Positions 10,090 through 20,701 are shown, numbered from the stretch's first letter. The stretch: DNA of 64,000 nucleotides from Candidatus Nanohaloarchaea archaeon (GCA_014297435.1 JACOQA010000002.1:96001-160000); one strand, 5' to 3'. The notes: a model not told the origin generated them from the letters alone. Translations and numbers: made by a program.

Positions 10090-12534
10090 TCAGCCGAACC
10101 TGCCGAGACCGCTCTGCTTCCCATCACCCTTCAACTGATCTTCCGTATAGCCAAATACCTTCAGAACCCTCATAGCCACAGGTATGAGCTGGTTATCAAC
10201 ATAGTATCCTGAATCATAGCTATCCGCATACTTTGGTAGTTCGGCTCTAGAGGAGATGTTTCCTCCTCCACGCGTTATAACATAACTTATTGTCTCTCCC
10301 GGAGATATCTCCTCGCCGCGCTTCATGGCTTTTTTCGCAGCTTCAACATGAGGAGCTGTTGAATCGTAGTTCTCAGGCTTTTTAGTTAAATTTGTGTAGA
10401 TCCTGAGCTCTTCAACATCTATCTCGCCGCCCTGAAGCTTCTTAACCGTCTTTTTCACAATTTCAGCGGCTTCATCAACTTTGTTTTCAAGCACCATCCG
10501 CAGTACTTCTTTCTGCGTTTTCTTAGCTATAGGGCTCCAATCCCTCCTGACCTGTTCAAAACCAGTAATCTTCATCTGACCTTTTTCTGACAAGAGAGCG
10601 TACTTCTTCTTTGCTCCTTCACCCGAATCAGTAGATGTGAAAAATCCTCTTTCGAAGAAACCCTCAAACTCGAGCTGCATAAACTTCGGAAGGCTTTTAT
10701 TTACGTCATCAAGAAAACTATCCATCCTCTGTTTAATTTCCCTCCCTCTAAGGAATACAGAATCAGTATCGCCATATACAACTTCGAAGCCTTCCTCCTC
10801 CGCTAATTCAATAGTTTCCTGAATATGTTTTCTGCCTAAATACGTTGTTGCTTCCGCAGCCTCCCTGGAATACCATCTTGCTCCGTTATATCCAAGATAG
10901 CCGTAGAAGGAGTTTGCAAGTATTTTTTCTGCTTGTTGGCGGTTATCTAATTCCTGGAGCTTTCTTTCATCCTCTGTTTCCTTTATTTGTTCTTTAATTT
11001 TTGATCTGTCCTTGACAAGCCCCTCTACCAGCTCGGGGAAGAAACCTTGTTCATCCTGACAGAATTCATATTCGAACTCATCAAGCTCGAGCACATCTTC
11101 ACACTCTTCAACGTTTAAAGTGTCCGGAGAAATATTGTGCGCTACCATCACTGTAGGGTACAGCGATTTAAAGTCAAAGAGTGCTATATCCTCGTAAAGA
11201 CCTGCGTCAGGAGTGTAGACGAATCCGCCGGAGTAAGCACCTTGCCTTCTTCTTTTCGACCGGGCTTCCTGTGAAGGACGGTTCTTCGCAAGCATATCTC
11301 TTTCATGGGCTTCTCTCAGAAGATAATTCTCGGTGAGCTGCCCATAAGTCAGTCTGCATGCATCGAACGGGATCAAACCTACAATTCTTGAAAGCTCGAG
11401 TATCTGAGGTACAAGCTCCTCTGCCAGCCTGAGAGCTAATTCAGAATCTTTTAGGGCGTAATCCGCGAACTCCTCCAGATCCTTTTTTTCTTTCCAAGAC
11501 AGTTTCATCTCATCCCATGTCAGATCTTCTTTGTTCTCCCCGAGCAGTTCCTCAGCTACAGAGTCCAGATCCAAGGTTTCCGATTCAAGACCTTGGGACA
11601 TTATATGTTCGACAAACGGGTAGAGATCGAGGTGCATTCGTCCTTTTAACCTTGCGCCTTTAAAGCGACCTCTCCTGTTGAACTTCATGCGTTCACCGTC
11701 TCTTCCAAGTGAAAGCTCGACATTATGCTTGTTTGAACGTTCACGCATGACGTCAAAGTCGAATTCGTCAGTATTGTAGCCTGTTAGAACATCAATATCT
11801 TTTTGCCTTATAATTTCTACAAAACGTTCGATCAATTCTTTTTCATCTTCGACAACCTCTACAAATTCCCGGTCAATTTCCTCAGTTGTCAGAAGTTTGC
11901 TGAAGCCCTCTCCGTAGATTGAAGCCATTATTATCTCGTCTTCGTAGACTTCGAGATCGAAGGCTACTGTTTTCCAGTTGAAACCGTCGGGTTCCCCGGT
12001 TTCGGATGGAGAATCTTTCTCAATTTGTTTTTCCGGCGTTTCAACGATTTTATCGAGTTCAAGAACTTTTTCAAATTCTTCACTCTCTATCCCATCTCCT
12101 TCAACTTTTACGACTTTGCCCGGTCTGATACCTTTGTCAATAAGGTAGCGCCTGTAGAAAGGTATATCGAACTCTCGGCATTCCTTTACCTGCTCCATAT
12201 CCCACAGCTTGTTCTTCAGCTTCGGTATGTTCGCAGGAATAGTTGAGTAAACTTTCAGAACCTGCTTTTCCTCGTTAAGATCAAGCATCTTCTTTCTTTC
12301 AACATTCTCCGTTTTTAGTGGGTCTCCCTCTTCCTCAAAATCTTTCTCGACTATCTCTTCTTTTAGTTCTTCGAGATCTACATCTGCTTCCGGCACAGCA
12401 TAAAGATAAGGAAGAAAATCACGATCGTGGATCAAAACGTTTTCTCCTTCTGGCGTTTTACCGAAGCACCTTATAGTGACCTCTCGGTCCTCGACTATGT
12501 AGTCGACATCTGCTATCCGGATTTCGATTTCCAT
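10090..12534 (-). CDS. polB: Family B DNA polymerase
   Basis: Exonuclease FDLE and YNTDEFD; polymerase DFKSLYP, KILANSFYG, YGDTDS; C-terminal PIP-like QSGLGRF; no intein. Confidence 0.95.
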   Translation of the reverse strand: MEIEIRIADVDYIVEDREVTIRCFGKTPEGENVLIHDRDFLPYLYAVPEADVDLEELKEEIVEKDFEEEGDPLKTENVERKKMLDLNEEKQVLKVYSTIPANIPKLKNKLWDMEQVKECREFDIPFYRRYLIDKGIRPGKVVKVEGDGIESEEFEKVLELDKIVETPEKQIEKDSPSETGEPDGFNWKTVAFDLEVYEDEIIMASIYGEGFSKLLTTEEIDREFVEVVEDEKELIERFVEIIRQKDIDVLTGYNTDEFDFDVMRERSNKHNVELSLGRDGERMKFNRRGRFKGARLKGRMHLDLYPFVEHIMSQGLESETLDLDSVAEELLGENKEDLTWDEMKLSWKEKKDLEEFADYALKDSELALRLAEELVPQILELSRIVGLIPFDACRLTYGQLTENYLLREAHERDMLAKNRPSQEARSKRRRQGAYSGGFVYTPDAGLYEDIALFDFKSLYPTVMVAHNISPDTLNVEECEDVLELDEFEYEFCQDEQGFFPELVEGLVKDRSKIKEQIKETEDERKLQELDNRQQAEKILANSFYGYLGYNGARWYSREAAEATTYLGRKHIQETIELAEEEGFEVVYGDTDSVFLRGREIKQRMDSFLDDVNKSLPKFMQLEFEGFFERGFFTSTDSGEGAKKKYALLSEKGQMKITGFEQVRRDWSPIAKKTQKEVLRMVLENKVDEAAEIVKKTVKKLQGGEIDVEELRIYTNLTKKPENYDSTAPHVEAAKKAMKRGEEISPGETISYVITRGGGNISSRAELPKYADSYDSGYYVDNQLIPVAMRVLKVFGYTEDQLKGDGKQSGLGRFG

Positions 12535-12717
12535 GCCTTACTAAGGAAGACGGAAAGTTAAGAAACAGGTTGGAAAGAATTTTTCCATTTTTATTCAGGC
12601 TGAAAAGCTCTAGAATCTGTCAAGAATCTGCCCTGAAACATCAGCACAATTAGCGAGTAATGTGGAAAATTCAGGTTTCAAAGATAATAAGTCTCTCTTT
12701 ACCAAGGACTAGAATAT

Positions 12718-13545
12718 ATGAGTTCAGAACGTGTTGAGGAATTCTATGAACAAAATCCCTTTCCGTACTTCGATCCTGAAGATATCGACTCTAGGGATGA
12801 TTTGTACAGAATGATAGGAGAGTTTGAGAAAGCTCTGGACAGAGCGATACCGCAAGATAGTAAAATTCTTGTTGCGGGCTGTGGAACCGGCATTCTGGCA
12901 AACTTTCTGGCTATCAGCGGCAGGGACGTGTTTGCTATAGACCTCAGCCAAGAATCAATTGACACTGCTCGATCAGTGAAGAAAAATCTGGAGATTGAAG
13001 AAGTAGAGTTTAAACAGAAAAACATAACTGATCTTGATACTTCCCAGAGTTATGATTTAGTAATATCTCTTGGCGTATTGCATCACCTTTCAAAGCCACA
13101 AGAAGGCTTCAGAGTTATATCAGAATGTCTAAAAGACGGATACATTGTCCTAGGTCTATACAACAAATATGGAAGGATCAGAACCAAGGCAAGAAAAGTA
13201 TTATTCAGACTCACAGGAAACCGTTTCAAAAGGATGGACCCCTATCTCAGAAAACAGAGTCTGGATGCTAAGCGGTCTGAAATTTTCTTTAACGACCAGT
13301 ATAGACACCCCAATGAATTTTCTTTCTCGATAGGAGATATCATATCCTGGTTTGAAGAACAACAAATAGACTTCAGGAGATGCATACCCTCTCAGAAACG
13401 CTTTAAAGGTCAGAAACAGGATTTAAACCTGTTTAAAACAACTAGAAAACCATCTTTACTCGCAAAGATAAAATTACAGACAAGATGGTTTTTAAATGAA
13501 GCTGAAGGCAACGGATACTTCATCATGATCGGGCAAAAAGAGTAG
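12718..13545 (+). CDS. Class I SAM-dependent methyltransferase
   Basis: LVAGCGTG, IDLS, GVLHHL. Confidence 0.85.
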   Translation: MSSERVEEFYEQNPFPYFDPEDIDSRDDLYRMIGEFEKALDRAIPQDSKILVAGCGTGILANFLAISGRDVFAIDLSQESIDTARSVKKNLEIEEVEFKQKNITDLDTSQSYDLVISLGVLHHLSKPQEGFRVISECLKDGYIVLGLYNKYGRIRTKARKVLFRLTGNRFKRMDPYLRKQSLDAKRSEIFFNDQYRHPNEFSFSIGDIISWFEEQQIDFRRCIPSQKRFKGQKQDLNLFKTTRKPSLLAKIKLQTRWFLNEAEGNGYFIMIGQKE

Positions 13546-13617
13546 AAATTGTTGAAGAGGTGAAAGGAAAAATCATACCCCCAGCAAATTAAATCCTCTC
13601 AATCTAATCAATTAGTC

Positions 13618-14307
13618 ATGAAACTTCTGTTAGTTACTGATATACACGGCGAAGTCAACAAGCTTGAGAGAATAGTTGAAAAAGAACAGTTCGACGCTAT
13701 TCTATGCGGCGGGGACCTTGCTGAAGCCCCTATGGGCGAAGAAGGAGAAAAAGTTAGAGACTCTAACTTAGAGAAATACTCTTCGAAGCTAAATCAGGTA
13801 CTAGATGTATTCGAGAAGAAAGGAGTGATGGCGAAATCAGTTCCAGGAAACATGGACCCCGAGGAGGAATGTGTGAGGCAACTGATCGAAAGAAGGATGA
13901 ATATCCACAAGAAGATTGCTGCTTTCGAGGAGTTCGAGGTTGTAGGTTTCGGAGGCGGTCAAACACCTTTCGACACACCTTTCGAACCTTCAGGCGAGGA
14001 GATAAAGACAGCTATCGAGACCTTGCATGGTCGCATGAAGTCGGATAGGAAAGCAGCAGTTATACACATGCCTCCTGCCCGGACAAATCTTGATCAGGTT
14101 GACGGCGACCATGTAGGAAGCGAAGAGGTCAGAGAGCTGATCGAGGAGAAGGACTTCGAACTAGTTTTAACCGGTCATATACACGAGTCTTGGGGCGAAC
14201 ACGAGCTTTCAGGGACTCACGTCGTAAACCCCGGTCCTGTTATGGAAGGTCGGTATGGTATCGCGGAGTTCGGAGAAGAACTTGAAGTCGAGCTTAAACA
14301 GCTCTAA
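13618..14307 (+). CDS. Metallophosphoesterase (Icc-like)
   Basis: DIHG, GDL, PGNMD, HMPP, GHIHE, NPG. Confidence 0.9.
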   Translation: MKLLLVTDIHGEVNKLERIVEKEQFDAILCGGDLAEAPMGEEGEKVRDSNLEKYSSKLNQVLDVFEKKGVMAKSVPGNMDPEEECVRQLIERRMNIHKKIAAFEEFEVVGFGGGQTPFDTPFEPSGEEIKTAIETLHGRMKSDRKAAVIHMPPARTNLDQVDGDHVGSEEVRELIEEKDFELVLTGHIHESWGEHELSGTHVVNPGPVMEGRYGIAEFGEELEVELKQL

Positions 14308-14547
14308 ACTTATTTTTCTTGCTTACTCCGGTTCTGGTGTCAGACCCGGATTCTCGAATACCATAAAGTACTGTGGAGAAGCCCACAGGTTTTTGATGTT
14401 TCGAGACCGGGCTGAATTTAGAAAGCCCCGTGTAGAAATCGGAGATTAGGGCTAGCAACTTCCTAAACCACGATTATATTTATAAGGCGTCGTAGAGTAT
14501 TTTTCTAATACAAAGGTTTACGTACTAGATACGGAGGTGAAAAACAC

Positions 14548-14745
14548 ATGGCAGAACTACCACTTGCACCTGTTAAGAGAATCATCAAACAGGCAGGAGC
14601 TCACAGAGTCTCAGAAGACGCAGTAGAAGAACTAAGAGATGAACTAGAAGACTACGCAGAAGACAGAGCTCGTGATGCGAAGGAATTCGCAGGACACGCT
14701 GGCCGAAAGACGGTGCAGGCTGACGACATCAAAGCGTCGCAGTAA
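14548..14745 (+). CDS. Archaeal histone (HMf family)
   Basis: [14 protein letters not shown]...[11 protein letters not shown]; GGAGGTGA RBS. Confidence 0.95.
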   Translation: MAELPLAPVKRIIKQAGAHRVSEDAVEELRDELEDYAEDRARDAKEFAGHAGRKTVQADDIKASQ

Positions 14746-14781
14746 ATCAACTTTTAACTCTACTTTTTCTTTCTTTATTCT

Positions 14782-15546
14782 ATGAGGCTGGAGAACAGCT
14801 TTATCCAGATACCGAGGATAGGCGAGAAAACAGAACAGAAACTTTGGAAGAAAGGAATAACCCACTGGGATCACGTAGAAGATACTTCAAACATTTCTGA
14901 TGCGAAAAAAGACCGTATAACCTCTTTCGTACAGAAAGCAAGGCAGAACCTAGAGGTAAACAACAGCTACTTTTTCGGAGAAAAGATGCCCAGTAAAGAA
15001 TCTTGGAGGATTTACAGGAACTTTCAGGAAAACGCCTGTTTCTTTGACATAGAAACCACGGGACTAGATAAGCAGAAGAACAAAGTTACCACCGTAGGAA
15101 CTCACAGAGCTGGAGAGTCAAAAGTTCTTGTTAGGGGTCAGGACCTGACTCGTGAAAGACTGAAAGAGGAGATCCAGAAATCCTCAGTTCTGGTTTCTTT
15201 CAACGGGAAGATGTTCGATGTTCCGTTTCTGGAGCAAAGTTTTGACATGAATATAGATAAGCCTCATATAGATCTGCGCTACCCCTGCAAACGCCTGGGA
15301 ATGTCAGGCGGATTGAAAAGCATAGAGAAACAGCTAGGCATAGACAGGGAGCTTGAAGATGTCGATGGTAGAGAGGCTGTAAGGCTGTGGAAGCGTTATG
15401 AGAAAGGTGATGAAGAGGCTTTGCAGAAGCTCGTGAAATATAACCGTTATGACGCAGTCAATCTCGAGCAATTGCTTGAAATGGTTCATGAGCGCCTAAC
15501 GAAGGAGTTCTTCAGGCCGTACGTAAATTCGGCAGAAGACTTATAA
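14782..15546 (+). CDS. RNase H-like (YprB-type) exonuclease domain protein
   Basis: FFDIETTGL, SFNGKMFD, GGLKSIEKQLG, YNRYD. Confidence 0.85.
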   Translation: MRLENSFIQIPRIGEKTEQKLWKKGITHWDHVEDTSNISDAKKDRITSFVQKARQNLEVNNSYFFGEKMPSKESWRIYRNFQENACFFDIETTGLDKQKNKVTTVGTHRAGESKVLVRGQDLTRERLKEEIQKSSVLVSFNGKMFDVPFLEQSFDMNIDKPHIDLRYPCKRLGMSGGLKSIEKQLGIDRELEDVDGREAVRLWKRYEKGDEEALQKLVKYNRYDAVNLEQLLEMVHERLTKEFFRPYVNSAEDL

Positions 15547-15686
15547 AACTCGTATCACAACACTTTGATAGAAAAACTATGAATACGGCCCTGAATACCA
15601 ACTGGACCATGCATGTGGGACCGGTTAGCTATAACTCTATCAGGGCCAAGGCCTTCTCTACTATTAAATATTTCCTGGCAGAGTAG

Positions 15687-16096
15687 AGCGGGATGACGCC
15701 TTGGCCTCGATGATGAGGTCAGTCACGCCGACCGCGAACACCAAAAAACTCTGAGGAAATGTCCTGTCACTTCCTACACCTGTGGACTTTCCTTGAAGGA
15801 CGTGTTCTGCCTAGCAAGGGTGGAGCACGTCCCCGGAACATTTACAGCCCATCCGACAACACATGATCAACACACAAGGTGCCTACAATCGACGCAAACG
15901 CAAAGCACTTCGAAACCGAGCTTCAGGCAACACATGAGCACAACAGCCGCGCAGAAACAGAGCTCTCGCAGGAAGCAACGGTTTTGACAGCAACAGCACT
16001 TTAAGCAGGGAGCGCTCCCTAAGCCGGAGCCCATTGTTACCTATAATCGTATTTTTGCCTCTAAACTCCGGCTTACAGGGAAAAAGTTCCCTGTAA
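15687..16096 (+). ncRNA. Candidate structured RNA or leader with an internal small ORF
   Basis: TATA-like TTAAATA at 15664; helices at 15703-15720, 15754-15775, 15798-15832 (several G-U pairs on + strand), 16020-16075 and 16073-16096. Confidence 0.45.
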
Positions 16097-16116
16097 AACC
16101 TTCCTCTCTTCTCTTT

Positions 16117-16587
16117 TTACTCCATAGAAGCCGATTCAAACGCTGCCCAACCATTAGCCATCGAATCCAGTATCGAGGTAAAACTTCTAGCCGGCTTTAC
16201 AACCTTTCTCCGACCTTTCTTACCTTCTCTCGGACCTCTATATTCAAGATATTCGTATTTGATAACGCCCAACCTCCTCAGCTTCGGCAGTATGTTGTTT
16301 TTCAGGTTGGACTTGCCTTTCTCGTGACCCCATTCATCGAACGCGTTAAGCTTCTCAGAGTTGATTTCGCCCTCATCCTTCAACTCTCTCAAAAATATCT
16401 TAGCATACTTGTTCCGTTTTGGGCTTTGCTCTTTAGGGAAGAACAGGTCTACAATCTTTTCCCAGTTCCATGCCCTTTCACTCTTCTTGAACTTCTGCTC
16501 GTCCTCCGGAATCGCCATACTATGCTTTGTGACAATTGTGGTAGAGGTCCTAGCCTCTTCATCGACAAACGGATGTTCATCGCCCAT
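16117..16587 (-). CDS. Hypothetical protein, possible winged-helix fold
   Basis: 156 aa; ILPKLRRLGVI helix followed by wing-like segment. Confidence 0.6.
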   Translation of the reverse strand: MGDEHPFVDEEARTSTTIVTKHSMAIPEDEQKFKKSERAWNWEKIVDLFFPKEQSPKRNKYAKIFLRELKDEGEINSEKLNAFDEWGHEKGKSNLKNNILPKLRRLGVIKYEYLEYRGPREGKKGRRKVVKPARSFTSILDSMANGWAAFESASME

Positions 16588-16795
16588 ACAGAAGTTCTTA
16601 ACAAAGATTGTATATCAAGTTTTCATAGAATATTTTTTCAATAACTGAGAAACAAAATGAGATTATGAAATTCAATCTCTCGAACCTAGGTTTTCTCGGA
16701 GTTCTGGGAGTCCTCGGAACCGTGACAAATCAACCTAGCCTATACTCACTGTTCGCACTCTTCGCATTATACGGTCTGGATAAGGAAATAGAGTT

Positions 16796-17500
16796 TTAGA
16801 ACTCTAGCCTTCGATAACCTAGAATAAAACCTGCGGCTGAAAGTATTGACAGCAGCAATAATGCAGTCCAAACTGCTTCAATACCGGCTCCGTCCACCAT
16901 CACCGCTCTCATCGCTTCTACACCGTGAGTCAACGGAATGAACTGTTGAACTAAAACCAGGATTTCAGGCAAGCTATTGGAGGTGTAGAAAACCGGCGCC
17001 AGAAAAGTCATTCCTAGGAGGAAAATAGTCAAGAATTTCTGAACATCGGCATGTTCCGTCACGAAGGATCCGATCAAAAGACCTATTCCGGCATGCGCTA
17101 GAACCGAGAGAACAAGTATAGGAAGAATCTCAATACCAAGATTCAGAGAAGTCGCTAAAGTCCCCACACCTATAACCATGAAGGAAAATACCACGGGAAG
17201 GCTCGCAATCAACACCTTTGCGGATACATATTCGGTCTTCGAAAGCCTCGAGCCTCTGTACATTCTGTAAAGACCTTTTTCCTTGTCCCCCGCAATAGAG
17301 TATGCAATTGCGCTAATCGCGGCATATGAAACTATAAACACGGAGTAGGACGCAACTATCTCAGCAGTCGTACCTTGATTCAATACGAACGCAGTCAAAC
17401 CAAGAACGCCGAAAACCATCAAAACCCCGTATAACATGTTGACAGGGTTTCTGATAGTATCAAGTAGGTATGCTTTCAGCAGTTGTTTAACCTTTCTCAT
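16796..17500 (-). CDS. ABC-2 type transporter permease
   Basis: About 6 TM segments; APVFY...LPE...IPLTHGVEAMR. Confidence 0.88.
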   Translation of the reverse strand: MRKVKQLLKAYLLDTIRNPVNMLYGVLMVFGVLGLTAFVLNQGTTAEIVASYSVFIVSYAAISAIAYSIAGDKEKGLYRMYRGSRLSKTEYVSAKVLIASLPVVFSFMVIGVGTLATSLNLGIEILPILVLSVLAHAGIGLLIGSFVTEHADVQKFLTIFLLGMTFLAPVFYTSNSLPEILVLVQQFIPLTHGVEAMRAVMVDGAGIEAVWTALLLLSILSAAGFILGYRRLEF

Positions 17501-18338
17501 ATCTTCTTCCTGTCACCTCGAAAAAGACATCTTCGAGACCTGGCTTCTCAACTGAAAGATTTCGAAGATCATCTAAAACACCGCGATCAACCAGCTCCTT
17601 CAAAACTTCGTGGGGTTTATCGGTTCTAAGCTCGAAAAAACCATCACTTGAAACCGCTCTTTCTTTAAAGCCTTCAGGAACATCTCCTTCCGCCTTCAGA
17701 ATATAATCAGCATTGATATCAGAAATAAGATCTTTGGGTGAACCCGAGACGACTTCCTTGCCGCCTTCAATTATAATTACTCTGTCGCAGAGTTTCTCTG
17801 CCTCCTCCATCGAATGAGTCGAGACCATAACACCTGTCTGGGAAGTGAAGCTCTCTATCATCTCACAGATATCTTTACGAGCTCGAGGATCTAGTCCGGA
17901 GTTAGGTTCGTCAAGCAAGAGGTAATCCGGATCTTTGAGGACCCCTGAAGCAATATTAAGCTTCTTCTTATTACCTCCTGAAAGATCAGTCACGTATTTA
18001 TCCATCTCTGACTCGAGGCCTACCTTCCGATATATCTCAGTGTCTTGGGACTCGTTTAGAACACCCATCATCTCAAGAAACTCCTTTACTTTTAGTTTCG
18101 AGCTGTATTCGGTCTCTTGAAAGACCACCGACACTTTGTCCCTTACAGGATTGCCTCCGGCGCCTACTTTCCCTGATTCTGGCTCGATCAAGCCGGCAAG
18201 CACCTGCATCGTCGTTGTTTTTCCTGCTCCGTTCGGACCAAGAAGACCGACAATTTCGCCTTTTTCAAGACTCAGACTTAAGTTTTCCACAGCCTTTGTT
18301 TCGCCGAAGGTTTTCGACAGGTTTTCCACTTTTAGCAT
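17487..18338 (-). CDS. ABC transporter ATP-binding protein
   Basis: GPNGAGKTT, LSGG, LLLDEP, STH. Confidence 0.93.
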   Translation of the reverse strand: MLKVENLSKTFGETKAVENLSLSLEKGEIVGLLGPNGAGKTTTMQVLAGLIEPESGKVGAGGNPVRDKVSVVFQETEYSSKLKVKEFLEMMGVLNESQDTEIYRKVGLESEMDKYVTDLSGGNKKKLNIASGVLKDPDYLLLDEPNSGLDPRARKDICEMIESFTSQTGVMVSTHSMEEAEKLCDRVIIIEGGKEVVSGSPKDLISDINADYILKAEGDVPEGFKERAVSSDGFFELRTDKPHEVLKELVDRGVLDDLRNLSVEKPGLEDVFFEVTGRRYEKG

Positions 18339-18363
18339 AGATAGAAATAAGTCATAAAGGTGT

Positions 18364-18681
18364 TTAAAGACTGTTCCAGCTTTCCATTCCGCCCTCTATA
18401 TTTCTGGCGTCGAATCCTTTCTTCCTTAGAAGCTCTGCTATCTTCTTGCTGGAATCTCCTTCCCAGCAGACAACGTAAACAGGTTCTTCTTTCGAGAATT
18501 CGTCCATGAGCTTTTCTACAGGCTGGAAGGCAAACTTCTTGTAGTAAACATTCAGAACTGTGGCGTTTTCGTGTCTTATGTGAGCCTGTGAGAAGTCCTC
18601 TTCGTCCCTGACGTCCAGGACCTGTGTATCGCCGCTTTGGAGGCTTTTCTCTAGCTGTTCTGTATCTGCTTTGTTCGCCAC
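18364..18681 (-). CDS. Rhodanese-like protein
   Basis: LDVR, HI, VVCWEG, IEGGMESW. Confidence 0.88.
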   Translation of the reverse strand: MANKADTEQLEKSLQSGDTQVLDVRDEEDFSQAHIRHENATVLNVYYKKFAFQPVEKLMDEFSKEEPVYVVCWEGDSSKKIAELLRKKGFDARNIEGGMESWNSL

Positions 18682-18764
18682 GGAGAAGTATAGCTTACCG
18701 TACCTTCATAAAAGGTTGATCTTGGGAGGGAGTTAAAAGCTTGAGAGCCCGCCAATTTTACGTG

Positions 18765-19271
18765 ATGGAGTACGAAAACCTTTCACGCGAAGAACTTGGG
18801 GAAGCCCTAGAAACCTTCGAAAAAGAAGTAGATGAACTAGAACAGGAAAAGAATAAATGGGAAGAGAAAGCCAAAAAAGTGAAGGCGGACTTCGAGAACT
18901 ACAAGAAGAAACAGGATGAAAGGAAGGAGAAATGGCAGCATAGAGCTAGAGAGGATCTTGCCGAGGACCTAATCCAGATAATGGACAATCTTGAGCGCGC
19001 GATTGCGTCTGCAGACGAGGACTCAACTGTTCTACAGGGCGTAAAGATGGTTGCCGACCAACTGCTTAGCGAATTGGAGAAGAGAGGGTTGGAAAGAATC
19101 GACGCTGAGGGCGAAGAGTTCGATCCAAGGCTGCACAAAGCCGTCGATACCGAAGAGCATGAGGAGGAGAACAAAGTGCTTAAACAGAAAAGGAAAGGGT
19201 ACATGTTTGGCGATAAGGTCTTAAGAGAGGCGGAAGTAGTGGTTTCGAAGCGTGCTGAAGAGCAGAACTGA
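18765..19271 (+). CDS. grpE: Nucleotide exchange factor GrpE
   Basis: ADFENYKK, DNLERA, FDPRLH, KGY...VLREAEVVV. Confidence 0.93.
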   Translation: MEYENLSREELGEALETFEKEVDELEQEKNKWEEKAKKVKADFENYKKKQDERKEKWQHRAREDLAEDLIQIMDNLERAIASADEDSTVLQGVKMVADQLLSELEKRGLERIDAEGEEFDPRLHKAVDTEEHEEENKVLKQKRKGYMFGDKVLREAEVVVSKRAEEQN

Positions 19272-19315
19272 GAATCGACGAAAATTATTTATTAGAAAGT
19301 AGCAAATGACCAGTC

Positions 19316-20107
19316 GTGCAGTCCGTCGAACTAAAAGAATCCGATCTGAGAGATTTTTTAGACGCCGAGAGGAAGCGTCTAGATGAGATTTATCCGAAAG
19401 ATGATGTTCCTGACGACCCACTCCTATTTTTGAATAAAGATCTCATTCCCGAAGGCAGTCACGGATCAATAGTCTACGAAGATGACTTCTCCGGAGTTGC
19501 CCTCCCAGAAAGCTCCGTTGGAGACCACTCCGTTCCGGACAATCATGATGAAGATAGCTGGAAAATAATACTGGAGGATCAGAGGAGAAAAACCCTCAGA
19601 CATGAATTAACCCATATATGCTATAGGAACCACCATTTAGGCGACCAAACCGCTCCTGTGAAAAGTGGCTCCGACCCTTCTGCAGCCTACTTGGAAGCTG
19701 TTGCGATGTGGGAGGAAACCCATATATCTGAACCTCTGAAACCTTTTAATCTTGAAGAATATGGCGCACAAGGATTGGAGGATATACCCGAATTCTGGGA
19801 TAGATTCATAGCAGACAAACAGAATCCTAGGTCTATAGATGACCCTCACAGATTCGGCACCCTCTCTGCTTACCTAATCGAACGCGGCTATCTTGAGAAC
19901 CATGACCTCAAAGAGGCCAAAAAAAGAACGCGGAGAGATCTTCTGAATGTGAGTAGCAACAAAGAGCTTGAACAAGCGAATAGGCAGGCAGCAGAAACGC
20001 TATCAATTCCTTACTTTCCTGACCTTATTAGAGGACGAACTGTGAACCACTTAGACTCAGAAATTGCCGAAGTATATCTATCCAAAGGGGAAAATATTCT
20101 TAGATAA
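19316..20107 (+). CDS. Hypothetical protein with zincin HExxH motif
   Basis: LRHELTH plus downstream LEAVA. Confidence 0.6.
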   Translation: MQSVELKESDLRDFLDAERKRLDEIYPKDDVPDDPLLFLNKDLIPEGSHGSIVYEDDFSGVALPESSVGDHSVPDNHDEDSWKIILEDQRRKTLRHELTHICYRNHHLGDQTAPVKSGSDPSAAYLEAVAMWEETHISEPLKPFNLEEYGAQGLEDIPEFWDRFIADKQNPRSIDDPHRFGTLSAYLIERGYLENHDLKEAKKRTRRDLLNVSSNKELEQANRQAAETLSIPYFPDLIRGRTVNHLDSEIAEVYLSKGENILR

Positions 20108-20190
20108 TTCTTCAAGTTAGTTTGAGCAACATGATAGTGAGAAGGCTGGAAAGAAGCCGGAGTCGTAGTAGGAGAAGGTAGGAATAAGAA

Positions 20191-20580
20191 TTAAGAAGTT
20201 TCTACTTGCTCCATTCTTTCTATAGCCTGTTCTGCGTCACCACACAAATTTTCTACCTCCTCTAACGTAGATACAAGTTCCCTTAACTCCGATATTTCAT
20301 TATCAATATCTTGTCTTATCTGCTCAATTTGCTCTTCAAACGCATTTTCATCCTTAAGAACTTGTTTCAATTCCTGTTCGCCAGCTTTACCTTCGTTGTA
20401 TTTCTCAAGGAACGGAACTAATTCATTCTGAATGAACTTTGCCATCCGTGTGCCTTCCATAGACTCATCTAACTGGTTCAGATGGCCTTCAGCCGACTCT
20501 ATTAAATTACTGGATTTCGTAACTTTTCCAGAAAATAATTTAATGACCTTAACATGCCTCTCTAACTCTCCGTTCGACAT
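20191..20580 (-). CDS. Hypothetical coiled-coil protein
   Basis: Acidic heptad-rich ORF, likely start MSNGEL. Confidence 0.6.
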   Translation of the reverse strand: MSNGELERHVKVIKLFSGKVTKSSNLIESAEGHLNQLDESMEGTRMAKFIQNELVPFLEKYNEGKAGEQELKQVLKDENAFEEQIEQIRQDIDNEISELRELVSTLEEVENLCGDAEQAIERMEQVETS

Positions 20581-20701
20581 ACGTCTTTCATAGACTAGCA
20601 GCATTTTAAATCTAGGTCCAAAAGTGAGCAAAACAATCCACTTTAAAAATTTTTAATCACGTAAACAAAAATAGAGTTTATTCTAAAGGTGAATCAATAA
20701 A

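Noticed and set aside
14324-14365. Tiny - strand ORF MVFENPGLTPEPE
   Set aside because: 13 codons with no RBS; cannot be distinguished from chance
15753-16075. RNase P RNA (GAGGAAATGTCC ... CCGGCTTA)
   Set aside because: The two segments cannot form P4; each pairs locally in its own hairpin
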